DNA from: an uncultured Saprospiraceae bacterium
GTDB lineage: Bacteria; Bacteroidota; Bacteroidia; Chitinophagales; Saprospiraceae
DNA length: 62,859 nucleotides
NCBI GenBank assembly: GCA_964533785.1
Contig: CAZHNG010000001.1
Location: 29,770-92,628 of the forward strand
Direction of reading: 5' to 3'
The notes below the pieces were generated by a model that was not told where the DNA came from, searched no databases, and saw only the letters and a list, made by a program, of their open reading frames with translations. Shown here in pieces: positions 50,301 to 59,505 of this stretch (positions within the stretch are counted from its first letter, which is position 1; the number at the start of each line of letters is the position of its first letter). Position numbers and translations under genes: made by a program.

Positions 50301-53300
50301 CATAGCCAACGGCCGCCCTAATCAAATGGCCAGTATCAGATTTCAAGGCGGCGTGATTCCCAATGGGGAATTTCGTGATGTGGTTAATTTCTGTTTTGCC
50401 GGAGAGACAGACGCAGTGGAGCAGGAAGTCATTTTCCGCTGGTACGAACAGATACCGGGGATGGAAGAGCAATTGGTATGTACCAACCGTTTAATTTCCA
50501 ATTGTAGCGGGCCATTCCCTGATAGCCTATGCCTTACCGTCCTTTCGGATAGTGTTTATTGCGATACGCTGGATTATTTCGCTTATGAATTCCAGATCCG
50601 TAACGAGCTGGATCGCTCTATCACTTCCCTTTATCTGTATCCGGATTCAATGGATTCTAATTTTTCTTTTGAGCCCAGCACCATTAATTTAGTGGACCCA
50701 TTGCCCCCTAACCAAACTTCGGAACTTATTTCCGTCCGGATTCTTTCCGATACTTCGGTTACCGATACTACGCAATTTGCTTTCAGCATCACGGCCTTTG
50801 ACAATGACAGCGATTATTATTGTAATGACCTGGATTCGCTTGAATTGATGCTGGTTCCCTGTTGTCTTTCTTGTAAAAGCAGTTACGTGGAGATCGATGA
50901 AATGCAAAGTGACGATGTTTCTTGTTGTTACACTCTTGATGTCTTTAATGAATGTCCGGATAGTGAATACCAAAAACTGGAGTTAGAATTGCTTACACCG
51001 GGTGCTGCTTTCGGCTCCTACTATACCGGTGGCGATCAATTATCAGAATGGAGTAATCCTGTTGCGACAAACCGCAGAGTACAATGGCAATACAATACGG
51101 GGTCTATTCCTACGGGTGAATTGGATAACCTCATCAATTTCTGCCTGGATTCCGTTGGGATAAATGCTCTTGACTCCGTAGCTCTAACGGTAAAATGGCT
51201 TGACGCACGAGATAGTCTGATTTGCGTAGACAGCCTCCGGATCGATTGTCTGATCCCGGATAATGATTGTGCAGCAATCATGGTTGACACGCTTGTGCAT
51301 TTGGGCGATGGTAATTTTGCTTACGCTGTTTCGTTTTCCAATATTGCTTCCCCATCACATCCAGCCAACCTAATCGATATTTTCAATATTTCACCGGATA
51401 CGGTTTGTATTTCTCCCATCGACGCCGATAGCATCTGTGCGCCACTCACCCTCCCCTGCTCAACGGATAGCGGCGCCAGTTGCAGTCAATCTTTCCTGAT
51501 CACCAACGCTGCTTCCGGAGGCACTATAACCTTCCAACTCGGCCTGTCTGACACTACTACCATGGGGGATGATGCCTTGTGGCGCTGTTTCGAATCGGAT
51601 ACCTTTTCTATTGATCTACCGCATGTGCCCGTCATGGATTGTCCGGGAGATATTACCTTATTCTGTTGCGGGGCTTTTGATGTGCCCATGCCAATGGTTT
51701 TAGATACTACCGGTAATGCCCAGGTACAATGTATCCGCAGCGACGACAGAGATCTGACAGCGCCATTCACCAAAGGCACTACCGACATTACCTGCATTGC
51801 GACTAATGATTTTGGACAAACTGATACTTGTGTTTATTCCGTAGTAGTCATTGATACCCTGGCGCCGATCGTAGAATGTCCAATGATAGATACTTTATTT
51901 ACTGATGAAACTTGTTTTGGGGTTAATCTGCCCGATTATACTTCAGCAGTTAATATCATTGACAGTTGTTTAACCGGTATTACCGTTATTCAATCACCCG
52001 ACCCGGGTACTTTATTGGACCCCGGGTTGTACGAAATACAAATCTCAGTAGTGGATGCCTGCCTGAATCTAGGTACCTGTACCATCGATCTTGCCGTCAT
52101 TTGTGATGTTGATCCCCCTTGCGACAGCTTGTTGGTTGACTATACCAGGGATACTGTTGTTCCCGATAGCTGTTGTTATGAAATTGCATTAACCGATATC
52201 GACGATGGTTTCTACCCGGCAGTAAGGATATATACCGATGTACCCACGACCATCACCAGCCTCGACCCATTGAACCGCTGGCGGATCACCAACAGTACCG
52301 ATACAGATACCTTTAACTTGATTCCCCGGGTTTCTCCGATAAACGATAACGATCTGGGGCCTATCGCCAGAATATGTACCGATAACTTTATTACTGAACC
52401 ACATCCCGTTTATTTGGACTGGATGAGCCAGGGCATTGATGGTGAACTTTTCCCGATTTGCACGGATACCTTATTATTTGATTGTGATACGACAAAATGT
52501 TGCCAGGACGAAATGATCTTTTTAGATCGTGCCGAAATGGTAACGGTCGATTATACTTTAGAGGAGTGCTACGCACAAGTCAGTTGGTCCGGTCTGGGAG
52601 AATGTGATCGCATCATCTGGGATTGGGGAGATGGCACTACTAGCGAATTCATCACACTGGATAGCACCCTGCAGCATACTTTTGCAACGGAAGGGCCACA
52701 TAATATCTGTTATACTATCGAAGAAACAACGCGTAGTGGAAATACCTGCTGGTCAAGCCCTACTTTCTGTCTACCGGAAATGGCGGCTTGCGATTCGCTC
52801 CTCCGTACCTGCGAACCCTGTGATGAGAACTCCATCACAGGGCCAAATCTCATCGAAAATGGAAATTTCGAACAAGATAACCTCAGCGGGTTTGAATCCG
52901 ATTACACTTTTGTTTTAAGCGGCGAAATACTGATGGGGCAGTACGGTATCCGGAATAGTTTTACGCTGGACAACCCGCAATGGGCCGGTATTGATCATAC
53001 GACAGGTCAGGGTTCAAGAAGATTCTTGGTGGTGAACGGTGCACAGAATATCAATGCTGCCATTTGGCGGGATACTGTTGCGGTTAATCCGGATCGCCAA
53101 CATACGTTTTGTGCTTATGTCAATAATATACTCTTACCTGAATTAGATCTTAACGACCCCGAAATCGTTGTACGGGTGAACGGCACACCCATAATTGCGG
53201 AAGCTGTGATTTCAGAGAATCCGGATTTATGGATACTCATCACCGGCAGTTGGTTTTCCGGGCCAAATGACCAAAGAGCGGTTATCGAAATTTTCAATCA

Positions 53301-55992
53301 AAACACCAATGGTGCAGGTTCGGGTTTTGCTATTGACGACATTTCCTTCTACGAATGTACCGTAGATACCTGTCGGGCTGATTTTGAGTTTGAACTGGCT
53401 TTCGATAACGGTAATAATAATTGTGGAACCGTTAACTTTACCAACAATTCTACTGCACTCACCAACCTAACCTACGCCTGGGACTTTGGTGATGGTAATA
53501 CCAGTACTGCCGAAGGCCCCTCTCATCAATACACTTCACCAGGTACCTATACGGCCTGCCTGACTATAACCAGCGAACGCAACTGTACAAATACCTATTG
53601 TCAGGAGATCATCATTAACTACAGCGATACGCCGCCTTCAATCACCTGCCCGGATAATGTTGTCATTTCTGCTTCAACCGAAAACTGTGAGGCCGTGTAC
53701 ATTCCCGTTGAACCAACTATTGGTATCAGCTTGTGTTCAGAAGGGGTTGAAGTGGAATGTGTCCGTGATGATGGTTTGGCACTAACCGATCCATATCCGG
53801 TCGGTAATACCGTCATTACTTGTACGGTAACGGATAATTTTGGCACCAGTAGTTGTTCTTATATCATTACGGTAACCGATGAAAATTGCCCCGCCACTTG
53901 CTGTATCAATGAGACCAATTTTGACAACCGCGTTCAGGATGGTTTCACCTTTGTTACTGAGAATTGTGAACTAACGGTGACGCCCAACAACCTCAACGAT
54001 TGCCACCGTGTAGTATGGGATTGGGGAGACGACAGCAGAGTGACCAGAACAATGGGAAATATGCCGGTTATTCACGAATACGAAAGCAGCGGTTCTTTTG
54101 AAGTCTGTATGCAAGTGGTGGAAGTAGACGATAACGGCAACAGTTGTTTCACTTCATTGGAAAATTGTATGTTCATTGATGTTGCCTGTGATACGACTTG
54201 TACTTGCGGAATGTTTGAAGGTTTTGTATTTGGTCAGGATAGTACCACTATCATCCAATTTACCTGTGGTGCAATGCCTCAGGAACTTCCGTGCCCCAAA
54301 CAAGGACAGAACTTTAATTTAAGTGGTCAATTTGAATGCATGGGCAGGTGCGAAGCCAGCTCGGTTAACGTCCAATTGATTCACGAAAATCAAGTGAGAG
54401 AGATCGGCGACATCGGGTTGGAGAATGGCAACATCAATGCCGCCATTGACGAGGAGTTTTTCAAAGTACCGGGAGACTATATTTTACGATTAACAGCACA
54501 ATGCGGAGATGAATCCTGTAGTTGTGATTTCAATTTCTTCATTCCGGAAGATTGCGATTGCCGGTGCGATGATTTTCAGCAATTGGTTTTAAGGCAGGGG
54601 GAATCTATTTTCCTTCCTGATTGTGGCGATGAACCATTAGGGCTAAATTGCCCCGCCGAAGACATCAACTTAAGAGGACTGTTTGCATGCCAGGGAACAT
54701 CCTGCGATCAACCGGGGGCGATCGAATGGATGTTGCAACAACCCAATGGCACCTTAATCGCCAATACCGTTACTGCTGGTAATTTTGAGATAGACTTTTC
54801 CGCAGGACTTTTGCAGGAACCCGGTTTATACCAACTTACTTTAAATAGTGAATGTGGTATTAACGGTTGTTCTTGCACGATTAGTTGGGAACAGCCGGAC
54901 TGTGACCCTTGTGCCTGCCCAGTCGAAACTTTCGATCTGCAGTATCAGCAGGATTGTAACCGGGTCACTTTTGATTTCAGTAACGTGGAAACCTGCGATT
55001 CCGTCAAAATAGATTTCGGTAACGGAATGGGCGAGATTGTCACGGGCGGGCAAGTTATTCATCATTGGTATTTAGAAGAAGATACTTTTCAAGTGTGTTA
55101 TTTTGTAAAAAGAGCCGGTGAAAATGGAATAGAAGCTTGTACGGATAGCGAATGTTTCAGGGTTGACATCAACTGCCTGAATCCTTTATCTGCAAATACC
55201 GCACAGTTGGTAAACGGCGATTTCACTGAAAGAATGGCAGGGTTTGCCAGTTCCTGGACTGCCGGCACTGACGAAGGACCACGGCATAATCGTCAAGATG
55301 GTTGTGAAGATCCAGGTTATTTATTCTTCCAAAACAACCTGGAAACAGCACTATTAAATACTGCCACCCAAATGGATGTGTCGTTATTCAAGGATGAACG
55401 CTATGAAATCACTTTATGCGCTTCCCCCAACCGTGTTTATCCGCTTGACAATTTCACCCGGTTACCCAAGTTACAGTTAGTAGCTTCAAAAACTGCATTG
55501 ACCAGTCCTGACCTGATGGATTGCTCGAGCTGTGAAGTTATTGGAACAGTACCTGACCTTACCAGTAGAAATGAATGGACAAAAATCAGATTGGACGATT
55601 GGATACCTGCTGATGATTACAGCGTGGTTACTTTAATGCTTAATTCAAGTGATGACACGGGATTAGCACAAAACTACCGGATCAACCTAGATAATATCCA
55701 TATCAATAATTTGACGACCAGCAGCCAATCGATCGCTCTATTGGAAAAAGTCCGCATTTATCCTAACCCAACCAATGATTTACTGAACATTGATCTGGGC
55801 AAACAAATTGATCAACCTTATCGACTGAGTCTTTTCAATACACTAGGTAAAAGGGTAATGGCATCAACAATTGGCGTTGGTACCGACCTACAACAAGTAG
55901 CGGTAGGAAAACTACCTAAAGGGGTTTATTTACTGGAATTGTTAAGCGAAGACCGGAAGAAGTTTTACCGGGAGAAGGTAGTGGTGCAGTAG
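47308..55992 (+). CDS. Giant (2894 aa) T9SS-sorted surface protein with HYR, PKD and CBM-like domains and novel Cys-rich modules
   Basis: PKD signatures (NWNFGDGTVSQLENPAHTY, WDFGDGNTSTAEGPSHQYTSPGTY). HYR-like modules (..CP..ISV..DPGDCGAVIS...PTATDAC...YPVGTTVVTWSAIDDCGN). C-terminal Por-secretion tail (RIYPNPTNDLLNIDL...GVYLLELL). Confidence 0.85.
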   Translation: MKVKLHACVYMTLYLLSNFFPLNTNDLSNQNVESSVLFWLTDGTALCDEEFCVSVRTRDFNQIVNFGFSLNWNPERLLYTQSNLIADTLLQGANFNETQVNMGNLGFSWQSPVQDGQGLSFNRDEEIINVCFQDMVIATTTVPIDFADQPIARTIQSAEDDGLAFESSDKRIQLECDEGCKAAFSFSVLDSCGSVQFFNESAGAGLSYNWNFGDGTVSQLENPAHTYNSIRPEGFQVRLEITSESDCSDNTTQTVIVMGQDDSPAEIVCPQDTAVDCTVALIPENTGELIVTDNCGINDIQITINDEVTTEATCSRVIKRTWVVVDKSDNISSCQQIISVIDQSGPEISDCPPGISVTNDPGDCGAVISIVPPTATDACNAVLSLTNDYTNNNSASDFYPVGTTVVTWSAIDDCGNVTANCSHSITVSDNEAPTIECMTTDTTITATPGAFGAIVEFEEPSFTDNCSANTMSSHQSGDFFPCGETIVTFNAVDEAGNTSESCIFIINVVCDNDIEFSPVTCGMAVTTRYSGDRSDNEPSDPVIEVVDIRSRDFAPVNQDVSDQFNITSDPRWTAFNLGEVFGLAIDDNDFIYASSTSIYPVNYFGANQENTGGEIYRINPLTGEVVLFQRLPNSGQGLGNLCFANHNGGRYLFVTNWENGFVYQIDLDDWNGNPDVRSNYEAFDIFQMDVDSLGYAPLGQLTWGIAYNPFDERLYFGRWMQNGGRLPAPNNCRSCDNENQTEGLGPNTIHSVPLDENGSLVLNDLRTDITLERVFQLTDLDTLISNPVSDIAFSTTGKMLITERTMCCPDEISGGRARVLEYEQQDNAWTIVPDKTIYIGTAGSNNANNSSGGIDYGYAGFNSNNPDLLPACDDLIWVTADINLYNTFGIAGIPGVGNNSTMPATYYINLSDSGSDAEQRMMGDIEILKCGCPIPSVAEFCDSVQVEFSGYGQPDSCCWSVDLINNWDEPNITRVEAEILTPGLIFNEIETQQGFVVNIANGRPNQMASIRFQGGVIPNGEFRDVVNFCFAGETDAVEQEVIFRWYEQIPGMEEQLVCTNRLISNCSGPFPDSLCLTVLSDSVYCDTLDYFAYEFQIRNELDRSITSLYLYPDSMDSNFSFEPSTINLVDPLPPNQTSELISVRILSDTSVTDTTQFAFSITAFDNDSDYYCNDLDSLELMLVPCCLSCKSSYVEIDEMQSDDVSCCYTLDVFNECPDSEYQKLELELLTPGAAFGSYYTGGDQLSEWSNPVATNRRVQWQYNTGSIPTGELDNLINFCLDSVGINALDSVALTVKWLDARDSLICVDSLRIDCLIPDNDCAAIMVDTLVHLGDGNFAYAVSFSNIASPSHPANLIDIFNISPDTVCISPIDADSICAPLTLPCSTDSGASCSQSFLITNAASGGTITFQLGLSDTTTMGDDALWRCFESDTFSIDLPHVPVMDCPGDITLFCCGAFDVPMPMVLDTTGNAQVQCIRSDDRDLTAPFTKGTTDITCIATNDFGQTDTCVYSVVVIDTLAPIVECPMIDTLFTDETCFGVNLPDYTSAVNIIDSCLTGITVIQSPDPGTLLDPGLYEIQISVVDACLNLGTCTIDLAVICDVDPPCDSLLVDYTRDTVVPDSCCYEIALTDIDDGFYPAVRIYTDVPTTITSLDPLNRWRITNSTDTDTFNLIPRVSPINDNDLGPIARICTDNFITEPHPVYLDWMSQGIDGELFPICTDTLLFDCDTTKCCQDEMIFLDRAEMVTVDYTLEECYAQVSWSGLGECDRIIWDWGDGTTSEFITLDSTLQHTFATEGPHNICYTIEETTRSGNTCWSSPTFCLPEMAACDSLLRTCEPCDENSITGPNLIENGNFEQDNLSGFESDYTFVLSGEILMGQYGIRNSFTLDNPQWAGIDHTTGQGSRRFLVVNGAQNINAAIWRDTVAVNPDRQHTFCAYVNNILLPELDLNDPEIVVRVNGTPIIAEAVISENPDLWILITGSWFSGPNDQRAVIEIFNQNTNGAGSGFAIDDISFYECTVDTCRADFEFELAFDNGNNNCGTVNFTNNSTALTNLTYAWDFGDGNTSTAEGPSHQYTSPGTYTACLTITSERNCTNTYCQEIIINYSDTPPSITCPDNVVISASTENCEAVYIPVEPTIGISLCSEGVEVECVRDDGLALTDPYPVGNTVITCTVTDNFGTSSCSYIITVTDENCPATCCINETNFDNRVQDGFTFVTENCELTVTPNNLNDCHRVVWDWGDDSRVTRTMGNMPVIHEYESSGSFEVCMQVVEVDDNGNSCFTSLENCMFIDVACDTTCTCGMFEGFVFGQDSTTIIQFTCGAMPQELPCPKQGQNFNLSGQFECMGRCEASSVNVQLIHENQVREIGDIGLENGNINAAIDEEFFKVPGDYILRLTAQCGDESCSCDFNFFIPEDCDCRCDDFQQLVLRQGESIFLPDCGDEPLGLNCPAEDINLRGLFACQGTSCDQPGAIEWMLQQPNGTLIANTVTAGNFEIDFSAGLLQEPGLYQLTLNSECGINGCSCTISWEQPDCDPCACPVETFDLQYQQDCNRVTFDFSNVETCDSVKIDFGNGMGEIVTGGQVIHHWYLEEDTFQVCYFVKRAGENGIEACTDSECFRVDINCLNPLSANTAQLVNGDFTERMAGFASSWTAGTDEGPRHNRQDGCEDPGYLFFQNNLETALLNTATQMDVSLFKDERYEITLCASPNRVYPLDNFTRLPKLQLVASKTALTSPDLMDCSSCEVIGTVPDLTSRNEWTKIRLDDWIPADDYSVVTLMLNSSDDTGLAQNYRINLDNIHINNLTTSSQSIALLEKVRIYPNPTNDLLNIDLGKQIDQPYRLSLFNTLGKRVMASTIGVGTDLQQVAVGKLPKGVYLLELLSEDRKKFYREKVVVQ

Positions 55993-56211
55993 AGATATGC
56001 GGAATTGAAGGTACAAATTACCAGGGTACATACATAAGTTTAATGTGATTTGAGAATCAATTATTTAACAGGAGTTAGATTTATGACCAAACGGAGTATG
56101 GTGATTTTTGTGCATCGAGACATCTCTCGCAAACACGAGTTCTGCCTGCGAGAAGATGTCTTGATGCTGAAAACATTATTCTCTGACTTACTAAAAATCG
56201 CCCTAGTGCTT

Positions 56212-58473
56212 CTAAACAAATACATATCCATTTTTATTCAGCGGTAATGCCCGTACTCTTTCACCGGTAGCGGCGAATAGAGCGTTAACCAATGCCGGAG
56301 CTGCCGGAGGAGTTCCCGGCTCTCCTACCCCACCCGGATAAGCATCGACCTCCATGATATGGACGTCAACAAGTGGAGAAACATTCATCCGGACCATTTC
56401 ATATTGTGGGAAATTATACTGATCGACGGCACCGTCACTCCAGGTTATTTCGCCGTATAGTGCCGCAGAAAGACCAAAGATGATTCCACCTTGCATTTGA
56501 CCTTTGACTGTATCGGGATTGATATAGGTCCCACAATCAACAGCACAGTAGTAACGATCAATAGAAAATTCCTTTTCACCTAGTTTAGATATTTCTGCCA
56601 CCTGACCTACGATGGAGCCGAAGCTTTTATGCAGTGCAATACCACGGTATTTTCCTTCCGGTAATGGCTGCTCCCAGTTACTCATTTCCGCTACCTTTTC
56701 CAATACGGCTTTGAAGCGGGGATGTTGATCAAGTTTTGTTCTTCTAAACTCAAAAGGATCTTTTCCCGCAGCATGCGCACATTCATCCATAAAACACTCG
56801 GTAAAGAAAGCGTTCTGCGAACTACCGACACTACGCCAAAAGCCTACCTGGACTGGAAGATCAAGATTGCCAAATGCTACTCTGCGATTCACCATGTGAT
56901 AAGGCAATTCCCGTGCGCCTTCAGTGGTAGCTTCGTCATCTTTTGGACTAACAGCCATTGAGGGCACGATCCTGCCTAAAGAACTATTACTTACAGATTG
57001 GATAGCGATCATATTATCCCAGGCTTCAATATTACCGTCATTTGTTAAGACCGCTTTGAAACGGCTGGCAGCAACCGGCCGGTACATATCGTTGCGCATA
57101 TCTTCTTCACGGGTAAATACCGTTTGAACAGGCGTTCCTTTCATTGCTTTAGCTACGGCAGTCGCAATTTTGATAAAGTCCGGTTCTGCACGACGGCCAA
57201 ACCCACCTCCCAGATAGGTGATATTAACCGTGACGTTGGATTTATCTACCCCAGCTACCTGACCGGCAAAATCTCTGGCCACTGAGGCAGCCTGGTGCCC
57301 TACCCATAGTTCTACCTTATCCTCTTCCACCAAAGCCGTACAATTCAAAGGCTCCATAGTAGCATGCGCCAGATAAGGTACATCATACCTGGCTTCAATG
57401 ATATTGCCTGCTTCATTGAATGCTTTATCGACATCTCCTTCTTGTTCAGGTGTCGCAATGGGTGACTCCTGTAGGACCTTATCGATTTGCTGGCCGATGG
57501 AAACAGAGGATAGCGAGGCATTTCCACCTTCCTCTACCAAGTCGAGAGAAAGTGCAGCGTTTTTAGCCCGCCAGGTATTATCGGCAATCACCGCAGCGCC
57601 AAAATCAGTGAGCACTACTTTTTTAACCCCCTTTTTACTTTCTATAGATGCCTGGTTATTAATAGCAGTAATTTTTGCCCCTATCCTGGAAGGATGGACG
57701 AAGGCAGCATACAACATATTGTCAAAACGAACGTCCAGTCCAAACTCGGCGGCGCCCGTTACTTTTTCTGGAATATCCAATCTACGGACGGGCTTGCCTA
57801 TTTTCGTCCATGCAGATTTTGGCTTTAATTCAGGTAATTGTGGTAATTTTATTTCTGATGCTGCTTGTGCTAAACTACCATAAGATAATTTCTCTTTATT
57901 CGTCGTATTAATAATGAAGCCATCCTCTGCCCGACATTGCCCCGGGTCAATCCCCCATTGTTCAGCCGCCGCCATTTTTAACATTTCCCTCGAGGTAGCT
58001 CCGGCGTAGCGGAAGTTATTATAAGCATCCGGCACAGAAGTACTACCTCCGGTACCTACGATCGTTAGATATGCAACCATTTTTTGCCCCAGCGAATACC
58101 CCTTATAGGCATTAGGTTCTTTCTGCGTAAGCATAAAAGTGTTCGCGTAGGGAGATTCTGGTTGCGGATGAATAACTTTGATCCTCGACATATCTACTTC
58201 CAGTTCTTCAGCCACCATCATAGGTAGTGCAGTATAGACGCCTTGTCCCATTTCCACCCTGGGTATAGCCAAAGTTATGGTGTTGTCAGGAGCGATACGG
58301 ATCCAGGCATTCATGGAGGTTCCTTCGCCCATTCCCTTGCCGGAATATTTTTTGATTTGCTTATTCACGTGAGCCATTCCTGCTACACCTACTACCAAGC
58401 CGGTACCCACTACTCCGCCGGTAATGATAAATGCGCGGCGAGTCCATTTATTTTTCTTTGATTTATTAGTCAT
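56212..58473 (-). CDS. Molybdopterin-binding subunit of an aldehyde oxidase/xanthine dehydrogenase-family enzyme (IorB-like), Tat-exported
   Basis: Twin-arginine signal KWTRRAFIITGGVVG. 753 aa, IorB-like layout, paired with a 2Fe-2S subunit upstream. Confidence 0.85.
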   Translation of the reverse strand: MTNKSKKNKWTRRAFIITGGVVGTGLVVGVAGMAHVNKQIKKYSGKGMGEGTSMNAWIRIAPDNTITLAIPRVEMGQGVYTALPMMVAEELEVDMSRIKVIHPQPESPYANTFMLTQKEPNAYKGYSLGQKMVAYLTIVGTGGSTSVPDAYNNFRYAGATSREMLKMAAAEQWGIDPGQCRAEDGFIINTTNKEKLSYGSLAQAASEIKLPQLPELKPKSAWTKIGKPVRRLDIPEKVTGAAEFGLDVRFDNMLYAAFVHPSRIGAKITAINNQASIESKKGVKKVVLTDFGAAVIADNTWRAKNAALSLDLVEEGGNASLSSVSIGQQIDKVLQESPIATPEQEGDVDKAFNEAGNIIEARYDVPYLAHATMEPLNCTALVEEDKVELWVGHQAASVARDFAGQVAGVDKSNVTVNITYLGGGFGRRAEPDFIKIATAVAKAMKGTPVQTVFTREEDMRNDMYRPVAASRFKAVLTNDGNIEAWDNMIAIQSVSNSSLGRIVPSMAVSPKDDEATTEGARELPYHMVNRRVAFGNLDLPVQVGFWRSVGSSQNAFFTECFMDECAHAAGKDPFEFRRTKLDQHPRFKAVLEKVAEMSNWEQPLPEGKYRGIALHKSFGSIVGQVAEISKLGEKEFSIDRYYCAVDCGTYINPDTVKGQMQGGIIFGLSAALYGEITWSDGAVDQYNFPQYEMVRMNVSPLVDVHIMEVDAYPGGVGEPGTPPAAPALVNALFAATGERVRALPLNKNGYVFV

Positions 58474-58646
58474 TTTTATTGATTTACTGTTTTAAGACGC
58501 CAGATGCTAGATTGTTAAGGGTATGAAATAAATAGACCTGAGTGTGAAATAGAAGCAACCGTGATTTTAGGTGCTGGTGATAAGTTGGAATTACGATTAT
58601 TCGCAATTCCGTTCGGTGATCTTCTAGTTAGAGTATTTGCATGACA

Positions 58647-59120
58647 CTAGTTTAATAAAGTACTTTCTTCTTTGATCATTTTTGCAGCCGTGTGAATAGC
58701 CGCCCGTATGCGTTCATAAGTTCCGCAGCGACAGATATTGGTAATAGAAGTATCGATATCTTCATCCGTAGGTTCAGGTGTTTTGGTCAATAAAGATTCC
58801 GCCGCCATGATCATCCCTGATTGGCAATATCCACATTGAGGTACCTGGTGTTCGATCCAGGCTTTTTGAACAGCGGAAAGCACGCCTTCTACGGCAACTC
58901 CTTCGATGGTAGTAATTTCCTTACCCTCTACTGCTGATACCGGTAAGGTGCAGGTGCGGGCAGCTTCACCGTTGATCAAAACGGTACAGGCACCGCAAGA
59001 AGATACTCCACAACCATATTTAGTTCCGGTCATATTGAGTTCGTCCCTTAATACCCATAATAAGGGCATACTTTTCTCAACCTCTACCTGGAAAGTTTTA
59101 CCGTTAATTCTTAATTCCAT
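58647..59120 (-). CDS. (2Fe-2S)-binding small subunit (IorA-like)
   Basis: Cysteine motifs GCGVSSCGACTV and CGYCQSGMIM..., NICRCGTY. 157 aa. Confidence 0.9.
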   Translation of the reverse strand: MELRINGKTFQVEVEKSMPLLWVLRDELNMTGTKYGCGVSSCGACTVLINGEAARTCTLPVSAVEGKEITTIEGVAVEGVLSAVQKAWIEHQVPQCGYCQSGMIMAAESLLTKTPEPTDEDIDTSITNICRCGTYERIRAAIHTAAKMIKEESTLLN

Positions 59121-59505
59121 TGCGTTAATTTTGGCTTTAGAAATGTTTTTGCAATACGCTCAATATCAATAAAAATTGCGATACATTATAATGAACCCCT
59201 AAAGGCCAGACAAGTTTTATTTTCCGATCGATAAAAGATAAAACTTGATCTTCAAAGACTTACATAGGTTTTGCCGGAAAAACCAACAGTTTCTCATGTG
59301 GAACGTACGTGGGTTGCCACCAAAACACAAAAGCTCAAAATCCTCACAAAAAAGAGTAGTGCAATTTTGTGTTTTAAGCCGATAGCTATCAGCTTTGTGG
59401 CGATTTTTTCTACGTGTAAGTTCTACATGAGAAATTACTGGAAAAACCTCCTGACCTTTATTCTTATCTGTACTTCTAATATCTTTGAACAAAGATGTAA
59501 ATGAA

